Source: Fervidobacterium sp.
Lineage (GTDB): Bacteria > Thermotogota > Thermotogae > Thermotogales > Fervidobacteriaceae
Length of the DNA: 64,000 bases
NCBI GenBank assembly: GCA_049970055.1
Contig: JBMFNR010000003.1
Coordinates: forward strand, 32,001 to 96,000
Reading direction: 5' to 3'
Every line of letters begins with the position of its first letter. The first letter of the stretch is position 1. Of this stretch, positions 9,872-19,080 are shown one piece after another. The notes under the pieces were generated by a model. That model was not told where the DNA came from and did not search any database. It worked only from the letters and a program-made list of their open reading frames with translations. Made by a program: the position numbers and the translations under genes.

Positions 9872-10552
9872 TTGGAAGGTTTAATTCCCGTATTTGTTAA
9901 TTTCTTTGCAGTTATATTAGGTAGTTGTATTGGTTTGTTCTTCAAAAAAGGTATCTCAGAAAAATATCGCCAGATCCTCTTTTTCGCCGTTGGGTTATCT
10001 ACACTTGGAATTGGCATCAAAATGATTCTGGATGTTAACAATTTCCTGGTAGTACTTTTTTCGATGGCATTCGGTGGACTAATAGGAGAACTTTTGAACA
10101 TTGAAGGATTTCTAAAAAAAATTGGAGATAAAATGCAAGAAGGTGACTTTTCAACAGGTTTTGTAACTGCCTCTTTATTGTTCTTGGTAGGTCCGATGAC
10201 GATTGTCGGGTCAATAACGGCTGGTCTAAAAGGGGATGGATCACTGATATTCACAAAGTCTTTACTTGATTTCATTTCATCGATTGTACTGTCTTCAACA
10301 TATGGTTTGGGAGTAATGGTTTCTGCAGTTAGTGTGTTAATCGTTCAAGGTAGTATTACACTTTTTGCAAGTTCATTAACATTTTTAACTCAGCCTGTTT
10401 ATTTAAACGATCTTATTGCCGTTGGTGGGTTGATGGTCGTTGGTATAGGATTGAGAATTTTAGAAATCAAAGATACCCGTGTTGGAAACTTCCTTCCAGC
10501 CTTGTTTGTTGAACCTTTATTGATATTGATTTTGCATTTTTTTAAAATTTAG
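9872..10552 (+). CDS. DUF554 (YqgA/YdfK-like) membrane protein
   Basis: GGLIGE, GFVTASLLFLVGPMTIVGS, KSLLD and RVGNFLPAL motifs. Confidence 0.85.
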   Translation: MEGLIPVFVNFFAVILGSCIGLFFKKGISEKYRQILFFAVGLSTLGIGIKMILDVNNFLVVLFSMAFGGLIGELLNIEGFLKKIGDKMQEGDFSTGFVTASLLFLVGPMTIVGSITAGLKGDGSLIFTKSLLDFISSIVLSSTYGLGVMVSAVSVLIVQGSITLFASSLTFLTQPVYLNDLIAVGGLMVVGIGLRILEIKDTRVGNFLPALFVEPLLILILHFFKI

Positions 10553-10561
10553 TAAACAAAT

Positions 10562-10593
10562 AAAAGCGGTCTCTCGGCGAGACCGCTTCTTTT
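10562..10593. terminator. Bidirectional intrinsic terminator
   Basis: AAGCGGTCTC-tcggc-GAGACCGCTT stem with A/T tracts, between convergent genes. Confidence 0.85.
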
Positions 10594-10611
10594 ATATTAC
10601 AAGATAACACC

Positions 10612-10968
10612 TTATTCCTCAACTTCTACGTGTTTCGAACCTTCCCAGAGTCCATGAATATTGCAATACGATAAAGCTATAAGCTTTGATGTCTTTTCGA
10701 GTTTTATCTTCACTTTGACGAAGGGTTCTTCAAGTGTTGGTGAGAATTCGTACCTCCCGATTCTCAAGATATACGGAGCACCTTCTGGCATTGCGTAAAG
10801 TTCTATCCATGCTATGTGATGCTCAACGAGATTGGGATGTGGTATTTCCTTCCCAACACTAACCTCCACTTCAAACCATTCGCCTTTTTTAACCTTATCT
10901 GGTGCTTCAATCACTGGTACATGCTTTTCACCTTTGAAATCACCGCTTTTTATGAATTCTCCAAGCAT
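10612..10968 (-). CDS. Superoxide reductase (neelaredoxin/SOR-like)
   Basis: EKHVP, HPNLVEHHI and YCNIHGLW iron ligands. Confidence 0.9.
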   Translation of the reverse strand: MLGEFIKSGDFKGEKHVPVIEAPDKVKKGEWFEVEVSVGKEIPHPNLVEHHIAWIELYAMPEGAPYILRIGRYEFSPTLEEPFVKVKIKLEKTSKLIALSYCNIHGLWEGSKHVEVEE

Positions 10969-11015
10969 TCTAACTCCCCCTTTCTAAATTGTAGCCCTTA
11001 AATTACTTAATACAC

Positions 11016-11519
11016 TTAAAATTCAACAAATGCTGACTTTGGTGCTCCACAGACTGGGCATTTTTCAGGTACCACATCCTCAGTGGTATAGCCGCAAACT
11101 GAACATATGTATATTTTTTCTGCGTCGTAATCCTTTCCTTCGTTGGCAAGGTTCAGCGCTTTTTTATACATCTCAGCATGAATCTTCTCTGCTTCAAGTG
11201 CGTAATGTGTACTGAGTTGAGCTTCCTTTTCATCTTGGAGTTTTGCTGTTTCATAGTAAACTGGGTACATTTCTTCAATTTCAAAAGTTTCACCAGCTAT
11301 ACAAGACTTAATGTTATTGGGTGTATCACCAAGTTTTTTCAATGCTCTGAAATGATTTCTAGCATGTACGAATTCTGCATATGCAATAGCTTTAAACAAG
11401 TTGGCTAATTTCTTAAGCCCCTTCTTTTCGGCTTCATCTGAAAATATGAGGTACTTCATGTGAGCCATAGATTCACCTGCAAATGCTTCTTCTAAAAACT
11501 TTTTTGTCATTTCCCTCAT
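11016..11519 (-). CDS. rbr: Rubrerythrin
   Basis: AFAGES, EFVHA, GETFE, EKIH and a C-terminal CSVCGY...CPVCG rubredoxin domain. ATG at 11519 after GGAGGTG. Confidence 0.92.
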   Translation of the reverse strand: MREMTKKFLEEAFAGESMAHMKYLIFSDEAEKKGLKKLANLFKAIAYAEFVHARNHFRALKKLGDTPNNIKSCIAGETFEIEEMYPVYYETAKLQDEKEAQLSTHYALEAEKIHAEMYKKALNLANEGKDYDAEKIYICSVCGYTTEDVVPEKCPVCGAPKSAFVEF

Positions 11520-11599
11520 ATTGCACACCTCCCTACTTATGATGATAAACACAGTTGTCAATCAAGAGTAAAAATTCTCTTTGGTTATTGGAAATTTCT

Positions 11600-12019
11600 T
11601 TATCTTTCACTTTTTTCCTTTTCTTGGCAGTTTTTGCAAACTCCAACAAGTGATAGCTGGACGTGGTGAACTTTATGTCCATCTAACGATGTTATATTTG
11701 GTAAGTCTACATCAAGTTGAACATCGTAAATGGTTTTGCATTTAGTACAGTAGAAATGATGATGGTTTTCTCTTGGAAAATCGTATCTAATTGCTTCGGG
11801 TGTTATAATGACATCAACCAATCCAGCATCCGCTAATGTTTTCAATGTGTTGTATACCGTAGCACGTGACAAGACTGCAAGTTTATGTTCTTTTTTTAAA
11901 TGTGCATACACCTCATCTGCTGTTGGATGATCATACGTGTTCATAATATATTCCAAAATCTCTACTCTGTGAACCGTTGGCTTTACACCGTTTTCCTTCA
12001 GCAAGTCAGTTACTTTCAA
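11600..12019 (-). CDS. Fur-family regulator, PerR-like
   Basis: HPTADEVY, SRATVYNTL, HHHFYCTKC and CKNC; directly upstream of rbr and SOR. TTG start after AGGAGGG. Confidence 0.88.
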   Translation of the reverse strand: MKVTDLLKENGVKPTVHRVEILEYIMNTYDHPTADEVYAHLKKEHKLAVLSRATVYNTLKTLADAGLVDVIITPEAIRYDFPRENHHHFYCTKCKTIYDVQLDVDLPNITSLDGHKVHHVQLSLVGVCKNCQEKEKSER

Positions 12020-12189
12020 AGCAATGCCCTCCTTCAATAAAATGTTTTGAAAATGTTTTGAACTCAATCTAAATTTATTATATCAGAATTTTTGGAATTT
12101 GTGCAAGTACTTTTTCAAAATTTCTTGACAACTTTTCCTTATATGATACAATTAGGTATGACTAACTATCTGGAGGTGATTTTAATGGG

Positions 12190-12885
12190 GTGCGCATGTT
12201 TCAGGTGAACGTGGGGCTAAAAACTTTGTGGAAGATAGGAAAGAATTTCATAAAGAATATTGCAAAGCTATTTGCGGAATTTTCAAGCATTAGAAAAGCT
12301 TTGAAGGCAGATCGTCAGGCACTTATAAAGTTAGACCCCTCCTTTGAAGCCTGGTATCAATTCTGGTTTCATGCAGGTTACAGAGCCCTTAGGTTGTATA
12401 GAATGTCCAGAGCGTTTTACATTAGCAACTTCAAATTTCTTGCTTATCTTTTATACCATATTAATCGCGTGTTCTATTCAGTAGATATTCATCCTGGTGC
12501 CAACATTTCTCCCGGTGTTGTTATAGATCATGGAACAGGCGTGGTGATAGGTTCCACCGCTGAGGTTGGAAGTGGAACTATTATATACCATGGTGTAACA
12601 CTTGGGGCAAGATATGTTATGAAAGGTAAAAGGCATCCTACAATAGGGCAAAACGTAGTGTTAGGTGCTGGTGCAAAAGTTATAGGCCCTGTGTACATTG
12701 GAAATAATGTAAAAGTCGGCGCAAATGCAGTTGTAAATAGAGACGTTCCTGACAACGCAACGGTCGTAGGGATACCAGCAAGGATAATAAAGTTCAGCAA
12801 CTTGGAGATGACAAAAAGTGATGGAAAAGATGATGCACTTTGTCGATGTGAACCGCTAACAAAAGTTGAGACTATAAATATTTGA
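12190..12885 (+). CDS. cysE: Serine O-acetyltransferase
   Basis: DIHPGA, IDHGTGVVIG, KRHPT and hexapeptide repeats; adjacent to cysK. Confidence 0.9.
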   Translation: MRMFQVNVGLKTLWKIGKNFIKNIAKLFAEFSSIRKALKADRQALIKLDPSFEAWYQFWFHAGYRALRLYRMSRAFYISNFKFLAYLLYHINRVFYSVDIHPGANISPGVVIDHGTGVVIGSTAEVGSGTIIYHGVTLGARYVMKGKRHPTIGQNVVLGAGAKVIGPVYIGNNVKVGANAVVNRDVPDNATVVGIPARIIKFSNLEMTKSDGKDDALCRCEPLTKVETINI

Positions 12886-12896
12886 GGTGGAATGAC

Positions 12897-13784
12897 GTGA
12901 GTATTAGTAACCTACTTGAAAAGTTGAGTGATTTTCATATAGGTAAAACACCTCTTGTTTACCTTGAAAATTATGGAATATATGCAAAATTCGAACGTAA
13001 TAACCCAATGGGGAGTGTTAAGGATAGACCCGTTTACTTTATGATTTATCACGCTATTATCAATGGTAAGTTAAATTCCAGTAGTATAATTGTTGAACCT
13101 ACAAGCGGGAATACAGGTATAGCTTTGGCCTGGCTTGGTGCTAAACTTGGACTAAGGGTTATTTTGACAATGCCAGAGAGTGTTTCCGTGGAGAGAAGAA
13201 AGATTCTTACGGGTTTAGGTGCTGATTTAATATTGGTCGAGAATATGACTAAAGCTGTTGAAAAAGCATGGGAAGTAATCCGTGAAAAGGATGCATTTAT
13301 GCCGAATCAATTTGAAAATCCGGCAAATCCTCTTTCACACGAGTTGACAACTGCTCCTGAAATTTTGCACACTATGGGCTTCAAGGTTGATGCCTTTGTT
13401 GCGGGTATTGGTACAGGAGGAACTATAACAGGTGTTGGTAGAGTGCTAAGAAAGTTTTTCGGAGAAAATGTAAAAATCGTTGGAGTAGAGCCCATGCAAT
13501 CGCCGGTATTGGCTAAAGGTATCAGTGGAAAACATAAAATACAAGGTATTGGCCCTGGATTCGTTCCTAAGATACTTGATATAAGCTTATTAAATGAAAT
13601 CATTCTTGTAAACGATGAGGATGTAATCAAAATGACTGAAAAACTTTGGAAAGAAGGTATATTTGTTGGTGTATCTTCCGCCGCAAATCTTATAGCGTCG
13701 ACTATTGTAAAAGAAAAGTACAACCTAGAAAGAGTGGTTACCATCTTTCCTGACGACGGTATGAAGTACCTTTCTACAATATAA
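12897..13784 (+). CDS. cysK: Cysteine synthase
   Basis: NPMGSVKDR (PLP Lys), PTSGNTG, GIGTGGT and HKIQGIG. Confidence 0.92.
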   Translation: MSISNLLEKLSDFHIGKTPLVYLENYGIYAKFERNNPMGSVKDRPVYFMIYHAIINGKLNSSSIIVEPTSGNTGIALAWLGAKLGLRVILTMPESVSVERRKILTGLGADLILVENMTKAVEKAWEVIREKDAFMPNQFENPANPLSHELTTAPEILHTMGFKVDAFVAGIGTGGTITGVGRVLRKFFGENVKIVGVEPMQSPVLAKGISGKHKIQGIGPGFVPKILDISLLNEIILVNDEDVIKMTEKLWKEGIFVGVSSAANLIASTIVKEKYNLERVVTIFPDDGMKYLSTI

Positions 13785-13794
13785 GAACAAGAAA

Positions 13795-13833
13795 TATAAA
13801 AAATAAACGTGTGCACACCCGTGGTGTGCACAC
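13795..13833 (-). terminator. Intrinsic terminator (may also end cysK transcription)
   Basis: GTGTGCACAC-N5-GTGTGCACAC hairpin followed on the minus strand by GTTTATTTTTTAT. Confidence 0.75.
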
Positions 13834-13883
13834 TAAAATGAGTTAAATGTATCCAGCTCCCTCCTATCCCCAGCCCCCATTAC
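13795..13883 (-). ncRNA. Candidate small RNA, G/GGA-rich, about 90 nt
   Basis: Bounded by a near-consensus minus-strand promoter and a hairpin plus U tract; no RBS-led ORF inside. Confidence 0.5.
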
Positions 13884-13889
13884 ATTCAT

Positions 13890-13919
13890 ATTATAACACT
13901 CATCGTGTATTGGCGTCAA
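13890..13919 (-). promoter_or_regulatory. Sigma70-type promoter of the candidate sRNA
   Basis: TTGACG-N18-TATAAT with an extended -10 (TGt). Confidence 0.65.
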
Positions 13920-14026
13920 ATATGTCAAATACTTTTGATAAAAAAATTTCGTAAAGCGTCATGAATAAATGACTATGACAACTTTTTGTGTTTTTGAAAT
14001 CTTCCTGGTATTTTCGGTATTTATTG

Positions 14027-14055
14027 TTGACAAAGTGACCTTACTTTGTTACAAT
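14027..14055 (+). promoter_or_regulatory. Sigma70-type promoter of the pyr operon
   Basis: TTGACA-N17-TACAAT. Confidence 0.75.
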
Positions 14056-14109
14056 ATCTTTTAGTACATTTAAACGGTTAAGTATATGGAACAAGGTGGT
14101 GCGAGACAT

Positions 14110-14314
14110 GGTTAATTTGGTCCTGAGAGGCCAAAACCTGCAAAGGTGTGCTTGTGGAGAGTTATACGAACTACTCGTAAGTTTCATAAAGTGTTTTCAC
14201 GCCATCAATTGGTTTTTGCAATTTTCTGGCTTGATGGTTAGATTAGTGTTTTGTAAGATTATAATAGTCACTTTTCAAACGGGACCCTCTTTATTGGGGT
14301 CCCATTTTTATTTT
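14110..14314 (+). promoter_or_regulatory. PyrR-type attenuator leader
   Basis: TTTGGTCCTGAGAGGCCAAA (14116-14135) resembles the PyrR-binding loop. Terminator GGGACCC...GGGGTCCC-ATTTTTATTTT (14281-14314) lies just before the pyrC RBS. Confidence 0.7.
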
Positions 14315-14344
14315 ATTCAATAGCAAAAAGTTGGGGGGATTGGT

Positions 14345-15517
14345 TTGAAGACTTTTAACGTAGAGACAGGAAAGCTTGAACATTTAAAATTAAGTAAGAT
14401 AAATTTTGATTTTCCAGAAAGAGGTATCGCGGATTTAGATAGCTTAGTTCTTACGCCTCCTTTCGTAGACTTGCATACTCATGTTAGATTGAACGGAGGT
14501 GAGAATTATGAATCGTTGACTAGTGCTGCAATAGCAGGTGGGTTTTTGGTATTGAATATTCAACCGAATACAAAACCACCTATAGATTCACTGGAAGTTT
14601 TAGAAAAACATATTGAACTTTCTAAAAACAAGTTAGTTGCATACAATTACACTATTAATCTCTTCAGTCAGATTGATAACTTGGAGATGGTAAATAAAGA
14701 ATATGGTGAGAAAATTTCGGGATATTCAACTGATGGAATTACGTATTATTCAAATGACTTGGTAAACGGATTTAGATCTAAAAAACCTTATTTGGTATTC
14801 GATCATTCTCAACTTCATGAGATAGCCGGCGATTTTTATCTGGGTAGTCCACTTCCAAATAGCGCACGAACCTATTCAAATGAGGCTATAGCTATATTCA
14901 GAACTGTTATGACAGGTTTAGAGTTTGGATTTAAGCGGTTTCACATTCAACATGTTTCAACTTTGATATCTATTGAAACTATTTCATATCTTCGTAAATA
15001 TGCTTTAATAACATGCGAAGTTACTCCTCACCACATATTTTTCACACCGGATATGGTTAACCACCCAAATCGAAAGATAAACCCTCCGATCTCAAAGTAT
15101 AAAGACGAACTTATAGATGCTGTTAGGAAAGGGCTTATCGATACGTTTGCCACTGATCATGCGCCACATCCTGAAAAGCCAGAAAATTACGAGGAAGCAC
15201 CGTATGGTAGCTCGCATATTGAGGTTGCGTTTTCTGTTTATTTTACAGTTTTTCAAGATATAGAACTTGTTTTACGAAATTTGACAATTAACCCATTAAA
15301 GGTTCTAGCAAAAAAATATACAGATTACGGGTTGAGGTTTCCAGACGATGCATTACTCATAGATACGATGCATTCGTACAATGTCGATACCAGTAAATTT
15401 TTTAGTAAAGGTAAAAATTGTGCGTTTGACGGATGCAAGTTACGAGGGAAAATTCTGGGAGTCAGAAGAAAGGGAAGGTGGGTGTACTGGAATGGAGAAT
15501 TTATATCGACATTATAG
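14345..15517 (+). CDS. pyrC: Dihydroorotase
   Basis: DLHTHVR, PNTKP, HIQHVS, CEVTPHH, KINPP and ATDHAPH. Confidence 0.92.
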   Translation: MKTFNVETGKLEHLKLSKINFDFPERGIADLDSLVLTPPFVDLHTHVRLNGGENYESLTSAAIAGGFLVLNIQPNTKPPIDSLEVLEKHIELSKNKLVAYNYTINLFSQIDNLEMVNKEYGEKISGYSTDGITYYSNDLVNGFRSKKPYLVFDHSQLHEIAGDFYLGSPLPNSARTYSNEAIAIFRTVMTGLEFGFKRFHIQHVSTLISIETISYLRKYALITCEVTPHHIFFTPDMVNHPNRKINPPISKYKDELIDAVRKGLIDTFATDHAPHPEKPENYEEAPYGSSHIEVAFSVYFTVFQDIELVLRNLTINPLKVLAKKYTDYGLRFPDDALLIDTMHSYNVDTSKFFSKGKNCAFDGCKLRGKILGVRRKGRWVYWNGEFISTL

Positions 15518-16199
15518 GTCATATCAGATGAAAAAGAAAGATTTATTAAAAATCACGCACGAGACGTATTTGATTACATTGGAAGGACATTTTGAATTTT
15601 TTCCGGGACAATTCTGCATGGTTTACGTCGATTCTTTTGGGCTTACTAGAAAGCCTTTAACGCTAGGAATGTACAAAAAAAACATTGCTATTTCAGTAAA
15701 GATAACAGGCAAAGGAACCAAATACATAGTTGAAACAAAGCAAAGTTTAGATGTACTTGCACCGTGTGGGAATCGATTTGAGCCAAATGGTAAAAATGGT
15801 GTTGCCATTGTTGCACCTTCGTGCTTTGCAGAAGGGTATTTTATCTCAAAAACTTTTAACGTCCCACTTTACGTGACTTCTAAAACACCTTTTGATGAGG
15901 GTTTTTTAAAAGTATTTGAAGGCGAGAACATCGAATTTGTAGTTGGTGATGAGAATTTCCTAAAGGTACTAAAAAAAGTTAGTTCTTCTTATTTCGATTG
16001 GATTTTCGTCTCTGGCTCGAAAGTTATGGAGAGAATTGCTATTGAGATTTTAGACAAACGTTTAACATATGTATCGCTTAACGAATATATGGGATGTGGG
16101 ATAGGGGCTTGCAAGAGTTGCGCTATAAAAACGGAAAGTGGTATAAAACACGTTTGTACGGATGGTCCTGTATTTAGGGGGAATGAAATATGTCTTTAA
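15492..16199 (+). CDS. pyrK: Dihydroorotate dehydrogenase electron transfer subunit
   Basis: PGQF and the 2Fe-2S motif MGCGIGACKSC...VCTDGPVF. Confidence 0.88.
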   Translation: MENLYRHYRSYQMKKKDLLKITHETYLITLEGHFEFFPGQFCMVYVDSFGLTRKPLTLGMYKKNIAISVKITGKGTKYIVETKQSLDVLAPCGNRFEPNGKNGVAIVAPSCFAEGYFISKTFNVPLYVTSKTPFDEGFLKVFEGENIEFVVGDENFLKVLKKVSSSYFDWIFVSGSKVMERIAIEILDKRLTYVSLNEYMGCGIGACKSCAIKTESGIKHVCTDGPVFRGNEICL

Positions 16200-17032
16200 G
16201 ATGTTCTAAATCACTTAACTTGAGGAGTCCCTTAGTTATAGCGTCAGGTCCAGGTGGCTTCGGTGAGTACATGAATGTTGAAGGAATAGATTGGAAAAAA
16301 GTTGGGGCATATACTTTGAAGACTGTCACGTACAATCCAAAAGAAGGTAATCCCCCACCCAGAATGTATGCAAAAAACGGTTACTTGATAAACAGGATAG
16401 GTTTGGAAAATCCCGGGATTGATAATTTCATAAATCTACTTGAAAATGGATACTTCGACAGATTGTTTCAAGAGGTGTCTGTAATTCTAAGCCTTGGTGG
16501 CGATACATATGAAGAGTACTTTGAAATAACACGAAAAGTTAGACCACATATCGGTAAATTCGTTGCGGTTGAGTACAATTTCTCATGTCCAAATGTACGA
16601 CACGGTGGGTTGTCAATAATGGTCGATCGTGATGAATGGAAGTTATTGTTAAAGGAAATTAGGAATATGCTTCCAAATGCATTTTTGATAGCTAAGCTTG
16701 GTATAGAAAGTGGGTTTGTAGAAGAAAATGCGCTTTTGGCTTATGAATCTGGTTGGGAAGGAGTAACACTTATCAACACAATTAGAGGATTGATGTTCAA
16801 TAGTGAGGGAGATATGATTTTGGGAGGCTTGTCGGGACCAAATTTATTGCCGATAGCGCTAAGGGCAGTATATGAGGTAAGAAAGAAATTAAGTGATATT
16901 TACATAATCGCATCAGGTGGCGTTTACAATCCTGAGGATGTTGATCTATTTCTTAAATTGGGAGCGAATGCTGTAAGTGTTGGAAGTGCGCTTTTCAAAA
17001 ACGAGAAAATTCTGGATAATTTAATTTTCTAG
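16190..17032 (+). CDS. pyrD: Dihydroorotate dehydrogenase, catalytic subunit (family 1B)
   Basis: GNPPPR, INRIGLENPG, NFSCPN, INT and GGLSG. Confidence 0.92.
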   Translation: MSLRCSKSLNLRSPLVIASGPGGFGEYMNVEGIDWKKVGAYTLKTVTYNPKEGNPPPRMYAKNGYLINRIGLENPGIDNFINLLENGYFDRLFQEVSVILSLGGDTYEEYFEITRKVRPHIGKFVAVEYNFSCPNVRHGGLSIMVDRDEWKLLLKEIRNMLPNAFLIAKLGIESGFVEENALLAYESGWEGVTLINTIRGLMFNSEGDMILGGLSGPNLLPIALRAVYEVRKKLSDIYIIASGGVYNPEDVDLFLKLGANAVSVGSALFKNEKILDNLIF

Positions 17033-17046
17033 AGGAGGGCAAGGGT

Positions 17047-17712
17047 ATGTTGGAAGAAGAATTTGAAAGCAAGAAGGAAAGTTTAATGGTACTAACTGAG
17101 CCGGTTCTTAGTTTAGATATGGAAGATCCAATTGATTTTATAAAGAAATTTGGTAGTTTTGATTACGTTAAGGTAGGACATAACCTTGCTATTAATGGTA
17201 AGAAGGTTATCGATGAACTTTATGAAATGGGGTACAAAATCATTTTGGATTTGAAATTTTCTGATATTCCATCCACTGTTGCACGTTCAATACGTGCTTG
17301 GGATCACCCGGGAATAGTTGGATTTACAATGCATGCGAATTCCGGAGTTGAAAGTGTAAAAGCGGCGCTTGAATCTACTCAAAAGCAGATATTCAGCGTT
17401 ATAAAATTGACATCTGTAATTGGAAAGTTGGAAGATTACCAGCAGCTGATCATAGGGCTTTCAAGACTTGGTTCTTCGTTTGTTTTACCGGGTGGTTGGG
17501 CTTTGAGGTTGAGATATTTGATTGGTGGTAAGATCCTTGTTCCTGGAATAAGAATGGAACAATCGAAAGATGACCAAAAGGATGTTGTAAGTCTTTCGGA
17601 CATAATGGGAATTGCTGATTATGCCGTAATTGGTAGGGAGGTATATAAAGCGAAAGATCCTGCTGGAAAGATCGAAGAAATCAAAAAGAAGGTGAGTATA
17701 TGGAGAGAGTGA
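17047..17712 (+). CDS. pyrF: Orotidine-5'-phosphate decarboxylase
   Basis: DLKFSDIPST, VPGIR, DDQ and VIGR. Confidence 0.92.
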   Translation: MLEEEFESKKESLMVLTEPVLSLDMEDPIDFIKKFGSFDYVKVGHNLAINGKKVIDELYEMGYKIILDLKFSDIPSTVARSIRAWDHPGIVGFTMHANSGVESVKAALESTQKQIFSVIKLTSVIGKLEDYQQLIIGLSRLGSSFVLPGGWALRLRYLIGGKILVPGIRMEQSKDDQKDVVSLSDIMGIADYAVIGREVYKAKDPAGKIEEIKKKVSIWRE

Positions 17713-18284
17713 TGGAAATTCTTAAGAATACCAAGGCACTTTTGGAAGGACACTTCGTACTATCTTCTGGACTTCATTCTTCAAATTATGTACAATGTGC
17801 TAAGGTGTTTGAGTACCCTGAGTACGGTCAACAAATCGGAAAGCTATTGGCAGAAAAGATAAAAGACAAAAATTTTGAATATACAGTTGTAATAGGGCCT
17901 GCACTTGGAGGAGTTATCGTTGCGTACGAAGTTGCAAAGTTTTTGGGGATCAGAGCGATGTTTGCTGAACGTGAAGAAAATGTACTGAAACTTAGAAGAG
18001 GGTTTGAGTTAACGCCAGATGATAAAGTTCTAATTGTCGAGGATGTTGTTACAACAGGTAAGTCTACTTTGGAAGTGGTCGAGGTTGTAAAGGGCTTTGG
18101 TGCGCAAGTTATTGGATTCGCTAGCATTATAAATAGGTCTGGAAGCGAAAACCCGTTTCAGTTGATTAATAAAGAATACGTATACCTTGTTAAATTCGAT
18201 TTTCCAACTTATAAACCTGAGGAATGTCCACTTTGCAAGTCTGGTGTACCAGTGATCAAACCGGGGAGTAGAAAAATCAAATAG
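17700..18284 (+). CDS. pyrE: Orotate phosphoribosyltransferase
   Basis: GHFVLSSGLHS and the PRPP motif VEDVVTTGKS. Confidence 0.93.
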   Translation: MERVMEILKNTKALLEGHFVLSSGLHSSNYVQCAKVFEYPEYGQQIGKLLAEKIKDKNFEYTVVIGPALGGVIVAYEVAKFLGIRAMFAEREENVLKLRRGFELTPDDKVLIVEDVVTTGKSTLEVVEVVKGFGAQVIGFASIINRSGSENPFQLINKEYVYLVKFDFPTYKPEECPLCKSGVPVIKPGSRKIK

Positions 18285-18330
18285 ATCAGCGATTAAATCA
18301 ACAATTATCCGCAAATGGACTACCGTTAAG

Positions 18331-19080
18331 CTACCATGGGACCCGTCCGGGTCCTGATTTTTTCTCAAGTATTTTTTTTGCCTGTTCAATAACAAATGTG
18401 TCATCTGAAAACACAACAACGCCCGTTTTAACAAATGGAATTTTGACTTGGATACTTCCTGGTCCTAAGTATATAATAGAATTGAGTAACACATCTTTTC
18501 TTAAGCTCTCGCCATCTGGTATTTTGATTTTCCAGTAAAGTGGTGTATATTTACCATCGAAAAATCGGTATTCCCCTTGGCTTTCAAGTATGAAAACACT
18601 CTTGTAACCAAGATTTCTTAGCAGATTTATCTTATCTTGACTATCAACAAGCACCGGATACGTTATTTTTCTGGTAATTATCGATGAGACGATATAAGTA
18701 TCTATTTTTCCCCTTCCATCGAATACTGGTACAACACCTGCTGCGGAAATACCAATTGCAAGCTTTTCGTATATGTCAGCTGTTATAAATGGTGATTTGT
18801 TGACTCTGTAGAAATAGTCATCATCGTCTTCACTCAGCGAATCAAGAGGACCGATTAGATAATATGTGTATCCTTTGTTTTTTACGTAAGCCCCAACATA
18901 TCTACCCACTTCAACAACAAGCGATAGATTACCAAGGCTCCCGAGTGTTAGTAAGCTCACGTCTTTTATAATATTTTCAAGTCTTTCAGTTGATAGAAAA
19001 TTCGATGGATAAGAAAACGTCTTAATCGAGATACTCAGGGAAAAGCTGAGCAAAAGCAAAATAAACACCATTTTCTTCAT
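18331..19080 (-). CDS. Hypothetical secreted protein with partial GH3 N-terminal-like similarity
   Basis: Signal peptide; the segment VGRYVGAYVKNKG..IGPLD..R..SP..AIGISAAGVVP echoes the GH3 barrel, but no KHF motif. Confidence 0.55.
   Translation of the reverse strand: MKKMVFILLLLSFSLSISIKTFSYPSNFLSTERLENIIKDVSLLTLGSLGNLSLVVEVGRYVGAYVKNKGYTYYLIGPLDSLSEDDDDYFYRVNKSPFITADIYEKLAIGISAAGVVPVFDGRGKIDTYIVSSIITRKITYPVLVDSQDKINLLRNLGYKSVFILESQGEYRFFDGKYTPLYWKIKIPDGESLRKDVLLNSIIYLGPGSIQVKIPFVKTGVVVFSDDTFVIEQAKKILEKKSGPGRVPW

Noticed and set aside
13307..13831. 174-aa minus-strand ORF downstream of the 13.9-kb promoter
   Set aside because: It is the antisense shadow of cysK, starts inside the terminator hairpin and shows no protein-family features.
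13809..13833. GTGTGCACAC twice as a CRISPR or REP-type repeat
   Set aside because: Only two copies 5 bp apart with no spacers or cas genes; explained as a terminator hairpin.
14096..14323. 75-aa ORF in the pyr leader
   Set aside because: It overlaps the regulatory hairpins and terminator and has no recognisable motif; probably not coding, though a leader peptide cannot be fully excluded.
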